A stretch of 64,000 nucleotides of DNA, from NCBI RefSeq assembly GCF_963921235.1, contig NC_086097.1:110734001-110798000 (forward strand), written 5' to 3'. The translations under genes were made by a program, and so were the position numbers. Each line of letters opens with the position of its first letter. Positions within the stretch are counted from its first letter, which is position 1. Under the pieces are notes generated by a model. The model saw only the letters and a list, made by a program, of their open reading frames with translations, did no database searches and had not been told where the DNA came from. This document shows, in pieces, positions 1-13,746 of this stretch. Source of the stretch: Mobula hypostoma. Lineage: Eukaryota.

Positions 1-863
1 AGGGCTGGCAGAGGTTACAGTGGGACATCAGTAGGATGCAAAACTGGGCTGAGAAGTGGCAGATGGAGTTCAACCCAGATAAGTGTGAGGTGGTTCATTT
101 TAGTAGGTCAAATATGATGGCAGAATATAGCATTAATGGTAAGACTCTTGGCAGTGTGGAGGATCAGCTGGATCTTGGGGTCTGAGTCCATAGGACACTC
201 AAAGCTGCTGTGCAGGTTGACTCTGTGTTAAGAAGGCATACAGTGCATTGGCCTTCATCAACCGTGGGATTGAGTTTAAGAGCCAAAAGGTAATGTTACA
301 GCTATATAGGACCCTGGTCAGACCCCACCTGGAGTACTGTGCTCAGTTCTGGTTGCCTCACTACAGGAAGGATGTGGAAACTACAGAAAGAGTGTAGAAG
401 AGATTTACAAGGATGTTGCCTGGATTGGAGAGCATGCCTTATGAGAATAGGTGGAGTGAACTTGGTCTTTTCTCCTTGGAGCGACGGAGGATGAGAGGTG
501 ACCTGATAGAGGTGTATAAGATAATGAGAGGCATTGATCGTGTGGATAGTCAGAGGCTTTTTCCCAGAGCTGAAATGGCTAGCATGAGAGGGAACTGTTT
601 TAAGGTGATTGGAAGTAGGTACAGAGGAGATGTCAGGGATAAGTTTTTTTACGCAGAGTGGTGAGTGCGTGGAATGGGCTGCAGGTGACAGTGATGGAGG
701 CAGATACGATAGGGTCTTTTAAGAGACTTCTGGATAGGCACATGGAGCTTAGAAAAATAGAGGGCTATGGGTAACCTTAGGTAATTTCTGAAGTAAATGC
801 ATGTTTGGCACAGCATTGTGGGCCAAAGGGCCTGTGTTGTTCTGTAGGTTTTCTATGTTTCTA
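1..863 (+). mobile_element. CR1 LINE 3' fragment (C-terminal ORF2 plus 3' UTR)
   Basis: ORF 413..664 contains LGLFSLERRRMRGDLIEVYKIM, typical of the CR1 ORF2 C-terminus; ends in a ttctatgtttct microsatellite tail. Confidence 0.9.
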
Positions 864-2284
864 GTTAATGTGTCCTCGAATTAATTCTGCATACTTTCAG
901 ATAAAGAACCATTCCTTTTTTTGATTTACCATTTCTCCTGACTGAATGTTTCCAGGAGCACTCTTATGTTTGGAATCTCTCTCCCTTCTTATCAAACCTT
1001 GTTATCATTGCCTATTTAGCAATCCCTCATTATTGTTTTCAAACTTCGTAAATGTCCCTGTATCTAAACTATTTCCTCCTTGATAACCCACCCCTCCCCA
1101 ACACTGTTCAGGTTAAAACACATTCTATAGTCCTGGTTATCTGATTCCAGCACATCTTTTCGTAGGTAAAGGACCCAAAACTACTCTAGTGCTGACAAAT
1201 GCCTCATTAAAGCCTCAATGTTTTTATCCATACAGGCTGCAAAAAAACACATACTTTAATATTGAGACTCCTTCAGTGTTAACGGTATCTACTCATTCAT
1301 GGATCAATTGACCTTGTACTGCCTCATTCATTAAAAAAATAAAACACTAGTCCAAACCTATCTACAGTAATGCATCCAGTCCTCAGCACTGCGTGGTGGC
1401 AAGTTATGACTGATTCAGAGATGAAATTCCACCTTCCAAAGATGACTGACTTCAGTTTTGAGAAGAGAATGGAAAAGTTGGTATTGTTCACCAGAAGGCA
1501 GACAAAATTGAAAATTTGATGGAAAGTATTTAATCATGCAGTGTGTAAAATTAACTGTTAGCAGAAAATTATGGAAAATTATTTGGAAAAAATCTCTTGC
1601 TGATAAACAAGTATTTAATATTAGACTATAAAATAATATTGATTCATTGGTAAGATGGGCAGAGCAATGGTAGATGGAATTTAACCCTGATAAGTGTGAG
1701 GTAAGGTGTTAACGGTGGAACATATACACTGACTGGCAGGACCTCAGAGTATTGAGAAATAGAGGAACCTTAGCGTAAAGTTTAAAAGATCCCTGAAAAT
1801 GGCAGGAAGTAGTGAAGGCAGCAAGTGGGATCCTTGCCTTCATTTGCCTAAGTCTAGAATCTAAGAGTCTGAAGCTTATAGCATAATTTTATAAAAGGCT
1901 GGTTGGACCACACCTGAAGTCTTATGTATAGCTCAGTTGAATGCAAATATTTATGTCAGTATTGAATTATCACCATTTTGCAACAACAAATATATCAGTC
2001 ATAATATTTTGTATCATCACACTTTATCGAAAGACATTCAAGCAGTGTACTTTCCACAAGAGCAAGTACCTTATTCACAGACTGGACTACCTATGGAAGA
2101 CTTGGAAATTGGCACTAAAATGGTGTCATCTCCAATCAGCCCAAAGCAGAACAAAGGAAATTGAAAATAAGCTGTGCTAAGTGACAGAGAGATCTAATAC
2201 AGAAAAAGTCCCTTTATCCCAACTCTTCCATGCCCATGGGTGACACCAAGCTACAAGCCTACATTTGGCCCATACCCTCTGAAC

Positions 2285-2363
2285 CAAGAGTCCCCATCCC
2301 GGGTCCACAGATCCCTCAGTTAATGGTAGGGGTCGATGGCATAAAGATGGTTGAAAACCCCCG
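2285..2363. mobile_element. ~80-bp hAT (Charlie-like) MITE inserted in a CR1 3' relic
   Basis: 8-bp TSD ctctgaac (2277-2284) / ctctaaac (2364-2371); reverse-complement relative of the insert at 20659-20739. Confidence 0.65.
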
Positions 2364-2845
2364 CTCTAAACCCTTCCTATCTATGTACTTATCAAAATGT
2401 CTTTTAAAAGTTGTTATTCTTCCTACTTCAACAACTTCCTATAGTAATTCATTCCATATGCACACCTCCCTTTGCATGAATGCCCTCAGTTCTCTTTTAA
2501 ATCGTTCACCTCTCACCTTAAATTATGCCCTCCATGTTTTGTTCCGTTACTCATGTTCACCCTGTAATTTCACTTTCCCTGTCTTTTTCCCTAAAACTCT
2601 CACTCATCAGCACACTTGGGACAAAGTGCAGTTTCAAATTGACCTATCCACTTGTATATTTTTGGGATGTAGGGAGAAATTGAAACATCCAGAAGAAATG
2701 TTTGTGGCCACAGAAAGAACCTACAGACCCCATGTAAACAGCACCAGAGGTCAAACTGTAAGACAGCAGCACAATTAGCAGTATCACAAAACTGTTTTGC
2801 AAGCATTGCAACGCAAGGTAGTACTGATACTAGTAAGTTAAGTAA

Positions 2846-3337
2846 GCGGCCAGTGCGATCATTTTTGCTGTTGTGTGCTGGGGCAGCAGGCTGAGGGTGG
2901 CAGACACCAACAGAACCAACAAACTCATTCCTAAGGCCAGTGATGTTGTGGGGATGGAACTGGACTCTCTGACGGTGGTGTCTGAAAAGAGGATGCTGTC
3001 CAAGTTGCATGCCATCTTGGACAATGTCTCCCATCCACTACATAATGTATTGGTTGGGCCCAGGGGTACATTCAGCCAGAGACTCATTCCACCGAGATGC
3101 AACACAGAGCGTCATAGGATGTCATTCCTGCCTGTGGCCATCAAACTTTACAACTCCTCCCTTGGAGGGTCAGACACCCTGAGCCAACAGGTTGGTCCTG
3201 GACTTACTTCCTGGCATAATTTACATATTACTATTTAATTATCTATGGTTTTATTACTATTTAATTATTTATGGTGCAACTGTAACGAAAACCAATTTCC
3301 CCCAGGATCAATAAAGTATGACTATGACTATGACTAT
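2846..3337 (+). mobile_element. Rex1/Babar-type LINE 3' end
   Basis: ORF 2873..3238 (ILDNVSHPLH...TERHRMSFLPVAIKLYN) resembles the Rex1/Babar C-terminus; followed by AATAAA and a (GACTAT)n tail. Confidence 0.8.
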
Positions 3338-3347
3338 AATCAAATAC

Positions 3348-3442
3348 CATTGAATATGTGGAGATGATTCCATTGGTATCTCCATGATAAATGTAGACAG
3401 CTCCTCTAAAATCATTTTCATTAGGCGCTCCAATTGCTATAT
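3348..3442 (-). CDS. ITGA9: Integrin alpha-9 coding exon (equivalent to exon 11), 95 nt, phase 1 to 0
   Basis: ttttcag|ATATAGCA...TCAATG|gtattt; translates (D)IAIGAPNENDFRGAVYIYHGDTNGIISTYSM. Confidence 0.95.
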
Positions 3443-3499
3443 CTGAAAAAGAAAAAGATGGACTTGTGGGACTAGAAAAGAAACACAGAAATCAGAAAA

Positions 3500-4170
3500 T
3501 GCAACATTCATCTCCTTGGGCTGTTGGCTACCCTAGAAGAATTTGGCATGTTCTAGTTGGTGTTTGGCCTGACCATGACAGTGGAGGAGGACAGGTCAGT
3601 GTGGGAGCTAAGAGTTGAAATGACAAACAACCAGAAGCTCAAGATGGTCACTGTAGATGGTGCACAGGTGTTCCACAAAATTATTACTCAGTCTACACTT
3701 AATCTTGCCGACATAGGGGAGACCACCTCACGAGCACCAGAAGCAACAGATTAGATTGCCTAACCTGGAAGAAGTATTTAGGACCCTCACTGGCGGAGAG
3801 GAAGAAGTGTTATAGGCAAGGTGCCAGTGGATAGAGAGATGCAGATGAGAAAGTATGAGTGCAGTAGGGCGTTACAGAGAGCGGTTCCTGCAGTAAGAAG
3901 AAAGGAGGGAGAGGGGAAGGGAGTGGGGGGGAGGGGAAGAGATGTAACCTGTCATAGGATCCCATTGGAAAAATCATAGAAGACTAATATGCTAAATGGG
4001 GAATACCATCTCTGTTCTCTCTGGAAATTAGGGGCAGTTTCAAGCTTATGCAGGAAATGGAAATCTGTGTAAAAGCTCCATCAAATACGGCGCTATGGTA
4101 GCCACACTTCCCAGAGAAGAAGGACATTTTAGAAGTTCCAGAATGGAAAGTATCATCTTGAGTACAGATG
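3500..4170 (-). mobile_element. Degraded Penelope-like element relic
   Basis: Patchy similarity by eye to the GIY-YIG region of the better preserved copy at 50750-51130. Confidence 0.5.
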
Positions 4171-5059
4171 AATTTTTCTGTTCTTAAAACAGCTAGCTAT
4201 TGGCACTGCTGTAAAATTCCAATAACCTGTTTTCTAATTGTTGGCAAATCACAACAGTTCAGCATTTGGCTCATGCATTAGTTCAGAGCATAAGATGGGG
4301 GAGCAGAATGCAGACTATAGGTCAAGAATGGGGCTGGGCAAAGTCTGTCTGATGGGCTGGTGTACGGCTGGAGCCACAGTCGGGGATGGAAATGACAGGT
4401 GGGCTGAGGGCATCAGGAATATGGGCAGATTTGTGATAAGATCAAGGTCTGACAAGTTTGTATGTTTCATCTTGTTCTGCCAAACTATAGCATGCAAGCT
4501 GAAACTCACCAGCTTCCACTCCTTGCTCTCTGAAAACTTACTGTGGCTCTTTTCCACATTGGTTCTCTGGAAAATTTATTATACTACTATTTAAAAAAGT
4601 GAAATATATTAACAGAGGTTGCATCTAATTGTCTGGAAAATCTGCCTCCAAAGCCCTGACTTTTCTGGATTACTGTAACTTCGACAGCCCTTTCCAAAAG
4701 GTGGTTCTTGCCCCACAACCCAAAAGAAATTCTTCTGTGCTGCACATGACCTTGGGCCTTGTTGGAAATGAGAGATGCATTTGATAGAGACAGTGGAGGT
4801 TTAAAGACAGTGCTCCAGCCAATCAGAACCCAAATAACTCTGGAAAACACTGATGCAAAAAGCAAGCATTATCTCGACTTCAATAAACTTCATTGAAAGG
4901 CTTGCAGCCTAATATCTAGCATGCCAATGATTTGAGGTTTAATATCCTAAATCAACATACTAATGAACAGTAAATAACCGGACAGATCAAAGTCTGTCAA
5001 AATTAATATATTTTGGTAAGCCCGAGTACTTATGATCTATAAATATCAAAAGCACTAAC

Positions 5060-5165
5060 CTGGAAAGCCATCATCATCAATATCACCAAGTGCACCAATA
5101 CACTCTCCAAAGTGAGCATTGTACATGCTATCTCCATTCAAAAGCTGCTGTTCTTCCAGGACTGC
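5060..5165 (-). CDS. ITGA9: Integrin alpha-9 coding exon (equivalent to exon 10), 106 nt, phase 0 to 1
   Basis: ttgtag|GCAGTC...TTTCCAG|gttagt; translates AVLEEQQLLNGDSMYNAHFGECIGALGDIDDDGFP(D), with a Ca-binding DxDxDG motif. Confidence 0.95.
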
Positions 5166-5329
5166 CTACAACAGGAAATAAGACATGTTGATAAAAGTGT
5201 ATCCTCACCATATAGTCTTGGAGCAGACCTATATGTGCTCATATAGTCTTGGACCAGACCCTCTTCTGCTCCTTTCAGGGATCACATGCTCTATGACCAA
5301 AAGATTCCAGAATGATTTTCATGAAAATT

Positions 5330-6175
5330 TAAGAAAATTTAATCACCAAGCTTTCTAAAACTTCCCAGAACTAACTATGTTTCTAGTCAAGCTGTTCTTG
5401 CATGTTTATAATTCTGGCATCTACCTAGAAATTTGGAAAACTGCCCATGTATGTCCTATTCACATAAGCAAGTCAAATGCAATCTGGCTATTGTTGTCTG
5501 ATCAGTCAATTTAGATATTATAAAAGTTTCTGGCAGTGCATGACCATCTACCATCGCCATTCAATGGCACCAATATCACCAAGCAATCGTACCCTCACTC
5601 AGCACATACACCACAGATCAGAAACTCAACTGGACCAGCTGCACAAATACCATGGCTGTAAGTGTAGGTCAGAATCCTGTTATCCTGCAACAAATGGCTC
5701 ACCTTATTACACCCCAAAGCCATTTTACCACCTGCCTAGCACGAGTCAAAAAAATGATCCACTTGCCTCGATGAGGGTGGCTCCAAAAATCTCGATACTA
5801 TCCAGATACTTAATTGGTTAATCCATCCACCATCTTAAACCTACATTCCCGGTATGACTAGTGCAGCTGCTGGAGTGCACACCATCTACAAAATATGGTA
5901 ACTCATTTAAACTAATCAGACAGCACCTCCCAAACTCATGACCTTTGCCATCAAGGAGGGCATGGGAAGCAGTTGTAAGTGAACACCACCATTTACAGAT
6001 TCCTTTTAAGTTGCACACCCACCCCCAACTTGCAAACGTATGGCTGTTCCTTCATTGCTGTCATGTCTAAATTCAACATGGTGATTCTCTACCACTTTCT
6101 CAAGGAAAATTAGGGACCTGCAATAAATGCTGGCTTTGCAACTGACGTCTATATCCTAAAAGTTGAATAAATAAA
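5330..6175 (+). mobile_element. Old CR1/L2-clade LINE relic
   Basis: Decayed RT N-terminal motif (WKTAHVCPIH) and a 3' tail (tagggacctgcaataaatgctggc...) shared with a second relic at ~20280-21180. Confidence 0.5.
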
Positions 6176-6564
6176 TAGACAACATGCCAGCACCCCCCCC
6201 ACCAAAAACCTCAAACCTTCTTCATGTTCTCCCAACAAAATGAAATGTATACATTGCCTCTTAGTATATTACACTGAACCACAAATCTTGTTCTTGGTGT
6301 GACACGCGACTTGGTACAGATGTGTTCAAACATGGTTTACTATTTTTCAATAATGTAATCTCCATGCAAGACTGATCCAGATTTATAGTCAAACAAATCT
6401 CTGGAATTTCATTGCATACAAGGTACACGCTTTCCCCCGTTTCTGGAAACCGCTATCCATTTGCCAAACACTTGAGGGATTAAGTCAGGATTGATCAAGA
6501 TCAAACTGGATTTCTCCCAATGGGTCTTTTGCTAGTCAAGATTGTTCACAAAAATTATACTTAC

Positions 6565-6702
6565 ATTGCCTCTGTTGATGAAAACTGTTACTTGTCCCTC
6601 ATCTCTTATCTGCGTGGACATAGGGGCTCCAACTAAAAGATCTGAGTAGCCATCTGCATTCAAGTCAACTGCACACAGTGATGAGCCAAAATACGAGCCC
6701 AT
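6565..6702 (-). CDS. ITGA9: Integrin alpha-9 coding exon (equivalent to exon 9), 138 nt, phase 0 to 0
   Basis: ttctag|ATGGGC...GGCAAT|gtaagt; translates MGSYFGSSLCAVDLNADGYSDLLVGAPMSTQIRDEGQVTVFINRGN. This is an FG-GAP repeat with a Ca-binding DxNxDG motif; SSLCAV and RDEGQVTV.INRGN favour alpha-9 over alpha-4. Confidence 0.97.
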
Positions 6703-7169
6703 CTAGAATAAAGATTCAAAATGTGTCGTATTCATATGAATGAATGCAATCTGTGGTATAAGAGAAGTCACCTGGAGTTCTAATAATATTGTAATCCCGG
6801 AGATTTTTATCAATAATATTCAGCACAGGATTTGTATATAATTAATGAAAAACCCAGTGTAGGTAAATCAATGATTGATTGAAGCAGGTTCCTTTTTTAA
6901 AGAAAACATTCCCCCTATCTATACTTTTCAAATTCAGTGTTCTAATAAAACAGGTATGGCTTTGGAAAATACATGCATTTCAAATGATTACTTTAAAAAT
7001 CATACAGAGCATATATCTCAACACTCATGATAGACAGAGGCTTCTCATAAGCTAGAAACTAATAGGTAAAATTCTGCTCAAATATAGAGAAAGGCATCAG
7101 GCACTGCCGACTGCAGTTTTCGCTCACTGTTGGAATCCACACTGCCAATCAATGGCTGACCATAATATC

Positions 7170-7173
7170 AACA

Positions 7174-7221
<48 letters not shown>
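7170..7221. repeat. (CA)n microsatellite abutting a Penelope terminal fragment
   Basis: Direct reading of the sequence; the following bases resemble the Penelope-like terminal repeat (aatgctagaggaactc...cagcatctgcagaatctcttgt). Confidence 0.95.
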
Positions 7222-7222
<1 letters not shown>

Positions 7223-8308
7223 CAATGCTAGAGGAACTCGTCAGACAAACAGTTAACTGCTGAAGATTCATGATGAAGAGTCTTGGCCTGACTTGCCGTT
7301 TGTGTGCATTGCTCAAGACTTCCAGCATCTGCAGAATCTCTTGTCACTGATCACAACACACTTTTAATCATACAGTATGCATTAAGGTGAATAGCAACAA
7401 TTTAAGAACATAAACAGAAGCAAGCAGTTAAGAACACCCATCAAACCTTTACAGTTACTCTATTTTGCAATGATTCACACTGCTACCCAATCACTGTTCC
7501 CTTGGATTCCCTTTGTATCTAAAAATCTATCACGCTGAACTGTGAACATTTGAAACAACTGGGTATCCACAGGCCTCTGAGTCAGAATGCCTAAATTCTT
7601 CACAAAATTCTTCATGGAGTTTCTCATCTGCATCTTAAATGGTCAAGCCCTTTTACAGACACTATGCCTCCTAAGGTGCATGTTCTGCAACCTCTCACAC
7701 TTACAATACCTAGGGAAGAAGACGATTTTTCCTCCATCTGCCTTCCAAGCATAATCCCCTTAATCCAGGAATAAATTTAATGAATTTATGCTGCACTGCC
7801 TCTAAATTTATCCTTCTTCATGTATGGAGACAAATTTGCAAAGGAGACAGTACAAAGACTCACAAAAGTCAAAAATTCAGAGACATACACAGAAACATGT
7901 TCCCATAAATCACTCATTTCACCACATGCTACTGTTATCCCATTTTTATCTCTCCCCACATTCTCATTAATTTCCCTTCCCCACCAAATTCTAGCACCCT
8001 CCAACAAGCTAGGTAAAATTTACAATGGGCAATGAACTAAACTACCTGCACATCTTTGGGATATGCAAGAAAACCAGGGCACTCAGAGAAAACCAACATG
8101 ATCAAAGAAATCTGTACAAACACTACACAGGTCTCAGCCAAGGTCAGACTGAAACCAAGTCTCTGGTGCAGAGGAAGCGGTTTACTATTTATGCCACACT
8201 GTTCTCTCTCAACAGGAGTTCTTTACCTTCGTATTTCAGCTGCTTAGACTAGGTTTAATTCTGCATTCTTGCTAAAAATAAGAGAAAAACCAAATAGATT
8301 AAGAAAGA

Positions 8309-11300
8309 TGGATAGATCTATGTCTAATCAGGCACTCCCGAACAAATCTGCTACTCTTATCAATTCTTTTATGGTTGATTCTGGAGTTTCAGAAATTTTT
8401 ACATCCCAAGGATAAAGAGTTTCCATTCTTTTCTTATGTATATCATAATTATTCTAGAACTGATTGCTTCCTTATTGATTCTCGTTTAATTTCATTTGTT
8501 ATTGACTGCAACTATGATTCCATTGCCATTTCCAATCATGCGCCCCTGAAACTATGTATTAAATTAATGGATACATCTTCTAGTACTAGACAATGGTGGT
8601 TCAATTCCACTCTGCTTCAGGACTCGGACTTTGTTAATTTTATTAAGGAACAGATTGACTTTTTCTTTTCAACAAATTTTATGGAAGAAATTTCCAGCGG
8701 GGTATTAAGGGACACTTTTAAAGCATAATTCGTGGGCAAATTATTTCATATTCTGCTGGACTGAAAAAATGAATTAATAATGAAATACTTATGCTGGTTG
8801 ACAAGATTAAAGCAATTGACAAGCAATATTCTATTGCTCCCAATAAGGGGCTTTATAAAAAGAGAGTCGAACTTCAAATGGAGCATAGTCTATTACTAAC
8901 ATCCTCGATTGAAAATCAGTAAAAACTAGGAGTCAGTTTTACATACATGGTGATAAATCTGGTAAATTATTGGCTAACCAATTGAAAACTGCTTTGGTTA
9001 AACACCAGATCATTAAGATTTGTAAAAGAGATGGTACTCTGACGGTTGATCATGATGAGATAAACAAATCCTTTCAAGAATTTTATACTTCTTTATAACA
9101 ATCAGAATTTCCTGATGACCCCACTATAATGCATGAATTTCTAAGGAAATTGAATATTCCGAAATTACCACCCAATGAATGTTTAAAATTAGATGCACCT
9201 ATTACAGATGAAGAAATAAAGGATGCTATTTCTTCGATGAATTCAGGTAAAGCACCTGGTCTGGATGGCTATACAGTAGAATTTTTTAAATCCTTTTCTA
9301 CTATACTTTCTCCTTGGTTATGTAGAATCTTTAAGGATGCATTATTTATAGTTAAATTACCACAATCTTTTTAATCGAGCTTCTATTTCTCTAATTCTTA
9401 AAAAAGATAAGGATCCTACTGAATGTGCATCATATAGGCCTATATCCTTGCTGAATGTGGATTCCAAGATCTTTTCTAAAATACTGGCAACTAGACTGGA
9501 GAATGTATTGCCTCAAATTATTTCTGTCGACCAGACTGGATTTATTAAAAATCGTTATTCTTTCTTTAATATTAGGAGATTAATGAATATTGTGTATACT
9601 TCTTCATCTAGAACTCCAGAATATGTCATTTCACTGGACGCTGAGAAAGCGTTTGACAGAGTCGAATGGACATATTTATTTAATGCACTTGAGAAATTTA
9701 ATTTTAGTCCAATACTTATAACTTGGATTAAATTGATACACCTTACCCCTTCAGCTTCGATATTTACCAATAATCAAAGATCTCCCTTTTTTCAGTTGTT
9801 TCGTGGTACTAGGCAGGGCTGTCCTCTGAGCCCATTATTATTTGATATTGCCTTGGAACCTTTAGCTATTGCTATTCGTGACTCAGCTAATATACTTGGC
9901 ATTACCCGTGGGAATGAGATACACAAGTTATCACTATATGCAGATGATTTATTACTATATATCTCTAACCCTGAGAAATCCATTTTGACAGTAATATCCC
10001 TGCTTGCTCAGTTTAGTAACTTTTCTGGCTACAAATTGAATCTCAGTAAGAGTGAACTCTTTCGATTAAATATGCAGGTTCCAATTTACAGACATTCACC
10101 ATTCAGACTGGTTACTGACTATTTTACTTGTCTGGGTGTTAAAATTACTGAGAAGCATAAGGATTTATTTAAGCTCAATTTTTTACCGTTCATTAATCAG
10201 GTTAAACAATTGTTTACTAAATGGTCCCCATTTTCTTTATCACTGATTGGCCGAATCAATGCTATTCAGATGATTATTCTACCTAAATTTTTATATCTAC
10301 TTCAAGCAGTACCAATTTTTACTTCTAAATCCTTTTTTGATACTGTTGATTCTAAAATTTCCTCATATATATGGCAGAATAAAAATCCTAGACTAAGTAA
10401 AAAATATTTACCTAAGTCCAAAAAGGACGGTGGTTTGGCATTGCTGAATTTAAGATTTTATTACTGGCTAATTAATATTCGATATTTAATATTTTGGACA
10501 CAAGATTTGGATATAATTCCAAGTCCACAATGGGTAAACCTTGAATGTAATTCTGTACAAGGGTTCTCATTGGCTTCTATTTTAGGGACTTCGCTTCCCT
10601 TTGTTCTCTCTAAATTGAATAAACAAATGGTTAATCCAATAATTAAAATACACATTACGAATATGGTTTCAATTTCGTAAATTTTTTGGCTTGAACAAAT
10701 TTATTTTATCAAGCCCTATTATATCTAATTTTTTTTCCAACCCTCTGTTATGGATCAAGCCTTATTGATATGGAAAACAAAGGGTATAATATGTTTTCAC
10801 GATTTATTCTTGGATAACTGTTTCATGTCTTTTGAACAGTTGTCTAATAAATATAATTTGCCCAGATCCTATTTTTTTTTAGATATTTATAAATTAGAAA
10901 CTTTTAAAATACTACACTACCTACCTTTCCAACTTCATATCCAACTGATATCACGGGAAAAATTTTAGGTTTAAATCCTTATCAGAAGGGTTTAACAGCA
11001 ATTATTTATGATATGATTATGAAAATACAGCCAGGTATATCTGATAAAATTAAGAATGAATGGGAAAGGGAACTTCAATTTCACTTGCCTACAGAGAATT
11101 GGGAGAAAATTTTTCAATTAGTTAACTTTTCCTCTATATGTGCTAAACATACATTGATACAATTTAAGGTTGTGCATAGGGCCCACATGTCTAAGGATAA
11201 ACTAGCTCGTTTTTACTCTCATACAAGTCCTGTTTGTGACAGATGTCATTCTGAGGTAGCTTCTTTGACTCATATGTTCTGGTCTTGCCCTCTTTTGAAA

Positions 11301-11988
11301 AAATTTTTGGAAAGACATCTTTGATATTACTTCAACAGTTCTGTGTATTGATTAGCAACCTCATCCTATTACTGCAATTTTTGGTTTACCAATGATCGAA
11401 CATAGTTCTTTAACCTCTTCAGCTCGTTGGATGATTGCATTTGTTACATTAGTGGCTAGAAGATCCATTTTATTGAATTGGAAAAAGATCAATCCCCCTA
11501 CTACATTTCAATGGTTTTCCCAAACTATATCTTGTTTAAATTTAGAAAAAATCAGAAGTGTCACTTCTGATTCTTCAGTTAAATTTGAAGAGAATTGGAG
11601 GCCATTTATTCCACACTTTCATATGATGTAGCTTGACCTTTTCCCAATCCTTTTTATTAACCTATGGACAGAGGAGCGGAGCTAATGACATTATTGGTTG
11701 TATTCGATGTAATATAATAGCCCAGCTTTGTTTAGTTTAGTTCAGTTCAGTTTTTGGTTCAGTTTACTTTAGTTTTTTTTTTAATTTGGGTTTTTTTTTC
11801 TTGATATTTCTTCAGTTTTCTTTTTGTCATGTTTAATTATATTAAGAGTTTGGGAGGCCTAATGTACTTGTATTATCTGTAGTTTTTACTGCATTTGTCA
11901 TTTACCAATAATGTAATCCCAATCTCTTTATATTAGTATTGTTGCTATGTTTATGAATTTGAAAATTAATAAAAAGATTAAAAAAGAA
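8309..11988 (+). mobile_element. 5'-truncated L1-clade LINE, ORF2 disrupted by stops and frameshifts
   Basis: Endonuclease remnant (SRTDCFL..SNHAP), RT ORF 9448..10680 (LDAEKAFDRV, GTRQGCPLSP, LYADD), zinc knuckle (CDRC..HMFWSC), T-rich 3' UTR, AATAAA and A-rich tail; 13-bp TSD agattaagaaaga at 8296-8308 and 11989-12001. Confidence 0.95.
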
Positions 11989-12884
11989 AGATTAAGAAAG
12001 AAAAAATCCGCAAGCACAGCAATAATTGGTCCATTCTCTTAGTTCTAAGCTTATAGCCTGGCAAAAAGTAATACAATTAGGGAGGCAACAGCTTGACTTC
12101 TGGCACTGAGCCGTGTAGTGCATCGCTGGAAGCATACAGAAATCCCAATCCTACTATAAGAGAGAAAGCTTCAGCTGTAACCTCCCAGTTCACTCAACTG
12201 CAATAGACATCCAGGTGCAATTCTGGTGTCTGAGACCAAGGGCTACTGCCAGAGAAAATCTCAGGAAGTCAAATGTAGTCCTTTCCTTCCAAAAGCCTCT
12301 TGCTCTAAATAATATATTTTTCCATAGATCCTCCTCCATTGCTATAGTACGCACTTGGAGCAGAAGTAATTCTTGCCAGTAAGGAAGTGACTGCCAGGAA
12401 AAGCAACCAGATAATATCCGTCATTGTACTTATGGTAAACTGTGCAGTGTATTCAGCTGGCATCTGGAAGAGGAACCAAGATCACATCCTTTAAAGAAAC
12501 AAAAACGCAGGCAGTACAAAAATAGGCCAGGCAACATCTGTAGAATGAGAATGCAATGTTTCAGGTCAAACTCCTGCTGAATGTACTGAGAACTATCAAG
12601 GGGTTAGAATTTGTTGCCCTTAACTAGTATAGTGCATGAGGAATTTATGTCTGCCTAAGCCATGCAGAGAATATGGTTCTCAATTGGAATATTATATTTT
12701 CCAGTTGGGTATCTCCTGGTGAATCCCTTCAGTATCCTTCAGTTACATGGAGAGATTGAGATACATTGGGATAATTTCACTGAAGTGAAGGAGACTGAGG
12801 ATGACCTCATAAAGATTTATAAAATTCAAGGCAGGGGAGTCTAAAACTAGAGGATATAGGTTTAAGGAGAAAGGGCAAGATTTT

Positions 12885-13136
12885 ACTTTTTATTATTTAT
12901 TGACATACAGTGTGGAATAGGCCATTCTGTCCCTTTGAGCCATGCTACCTAACCATCCTCCGATTTAACCCTAGCCTAATCATGGTACAATTTACAATGA
13001 CTAATTAAGCTACCGACTGCTACGTCTTTGGATTGTAGGAGGAAACCCATGTGGTCATGAGAAGAACATACAAGCTCCGTACAGCCAGCGGCGGGAATTG
13101 AACGCAGGTCACTCAGAAGGCGTTGTACTAACCACT
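12885..13136 (-). mobile_element. tRNA-headed V-SINE/HE1-like SINE
   Basis: Minus strand has A-box-like gcatagtgg and B-box-like gttcaattc, the core gggtttcctcc...caatccaaagacgt and an AT-rich tail; relatives occur at 33755-34032, 54115-54390 and 45725-46005. Confidence 0.75.
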
Positions 13137-13746
13137 ATGCTACTTTGCCACCCACCTGCATAGAGGATGGTGGGATTATGGCACACACTGCCAGGGAACG
13201 TGATAAAGAGAGGTACATTCACAGCGTTCACAAAGAATGTAGAAAGGCACATTGATAGGAAAGGAAGAGAGGTATACAGGCCAAACGCAAGAAAATGAGA
13301 TGAATACAGATGCATGAGCCAGGCTGAAAGGCATTCTTCCGCACTATAGGACTCTTATGACAAATCTCTCTTCAGATGTCAGCCCTGCCCTCACTAGAGT
13401 CAGTCTGGTCAATCTTTGCTGGACTCCTCTGTAGGAAGAATATCCTTCCATTGAGTGAGGTGATTGATACACATAATACACGATGCATGATCTCACCAAG
13501 GCCCTGTAGAATTACAGAAAGTCATTTCTGCTCCTGTGCTCAAACCTATCGCTATGGAGATCAACATGTCACCTGACACCCCATGCTGTGGAGGAAGGTA
13601 TGTAACCAAGCAGCAATAATGGAGGATTTGATAGTGAGCGACAGACATGCACTCCTGTGCCTCTGAGAAGACTCCAGGGTGGTATGTTTCCTCTCCGATG
13701 GCTCAAAATAGCTGCAGAACATCCTCAAGGGAGTGGCCATTATCTA

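Noticed and set aside
1..3347. Next ITGA9 exon (expected FGQSIS...D.DGNGYP-like)
   Set aside because: No matching exon was found by eye; it probably lies beyond the window edge.
9448..10680. 410-aa ORF as a host gene
   Set aside because: It is L1 ORF2 reverse transcriptase within a TSD-flanked, truncated and frameshifted insertion.
13560..13735. Possible extra exon or esterase gene
   Set aside because: It reads as a decayed CR1 ORF1 SGNH-esterase fragment, with no open frame or splice support.
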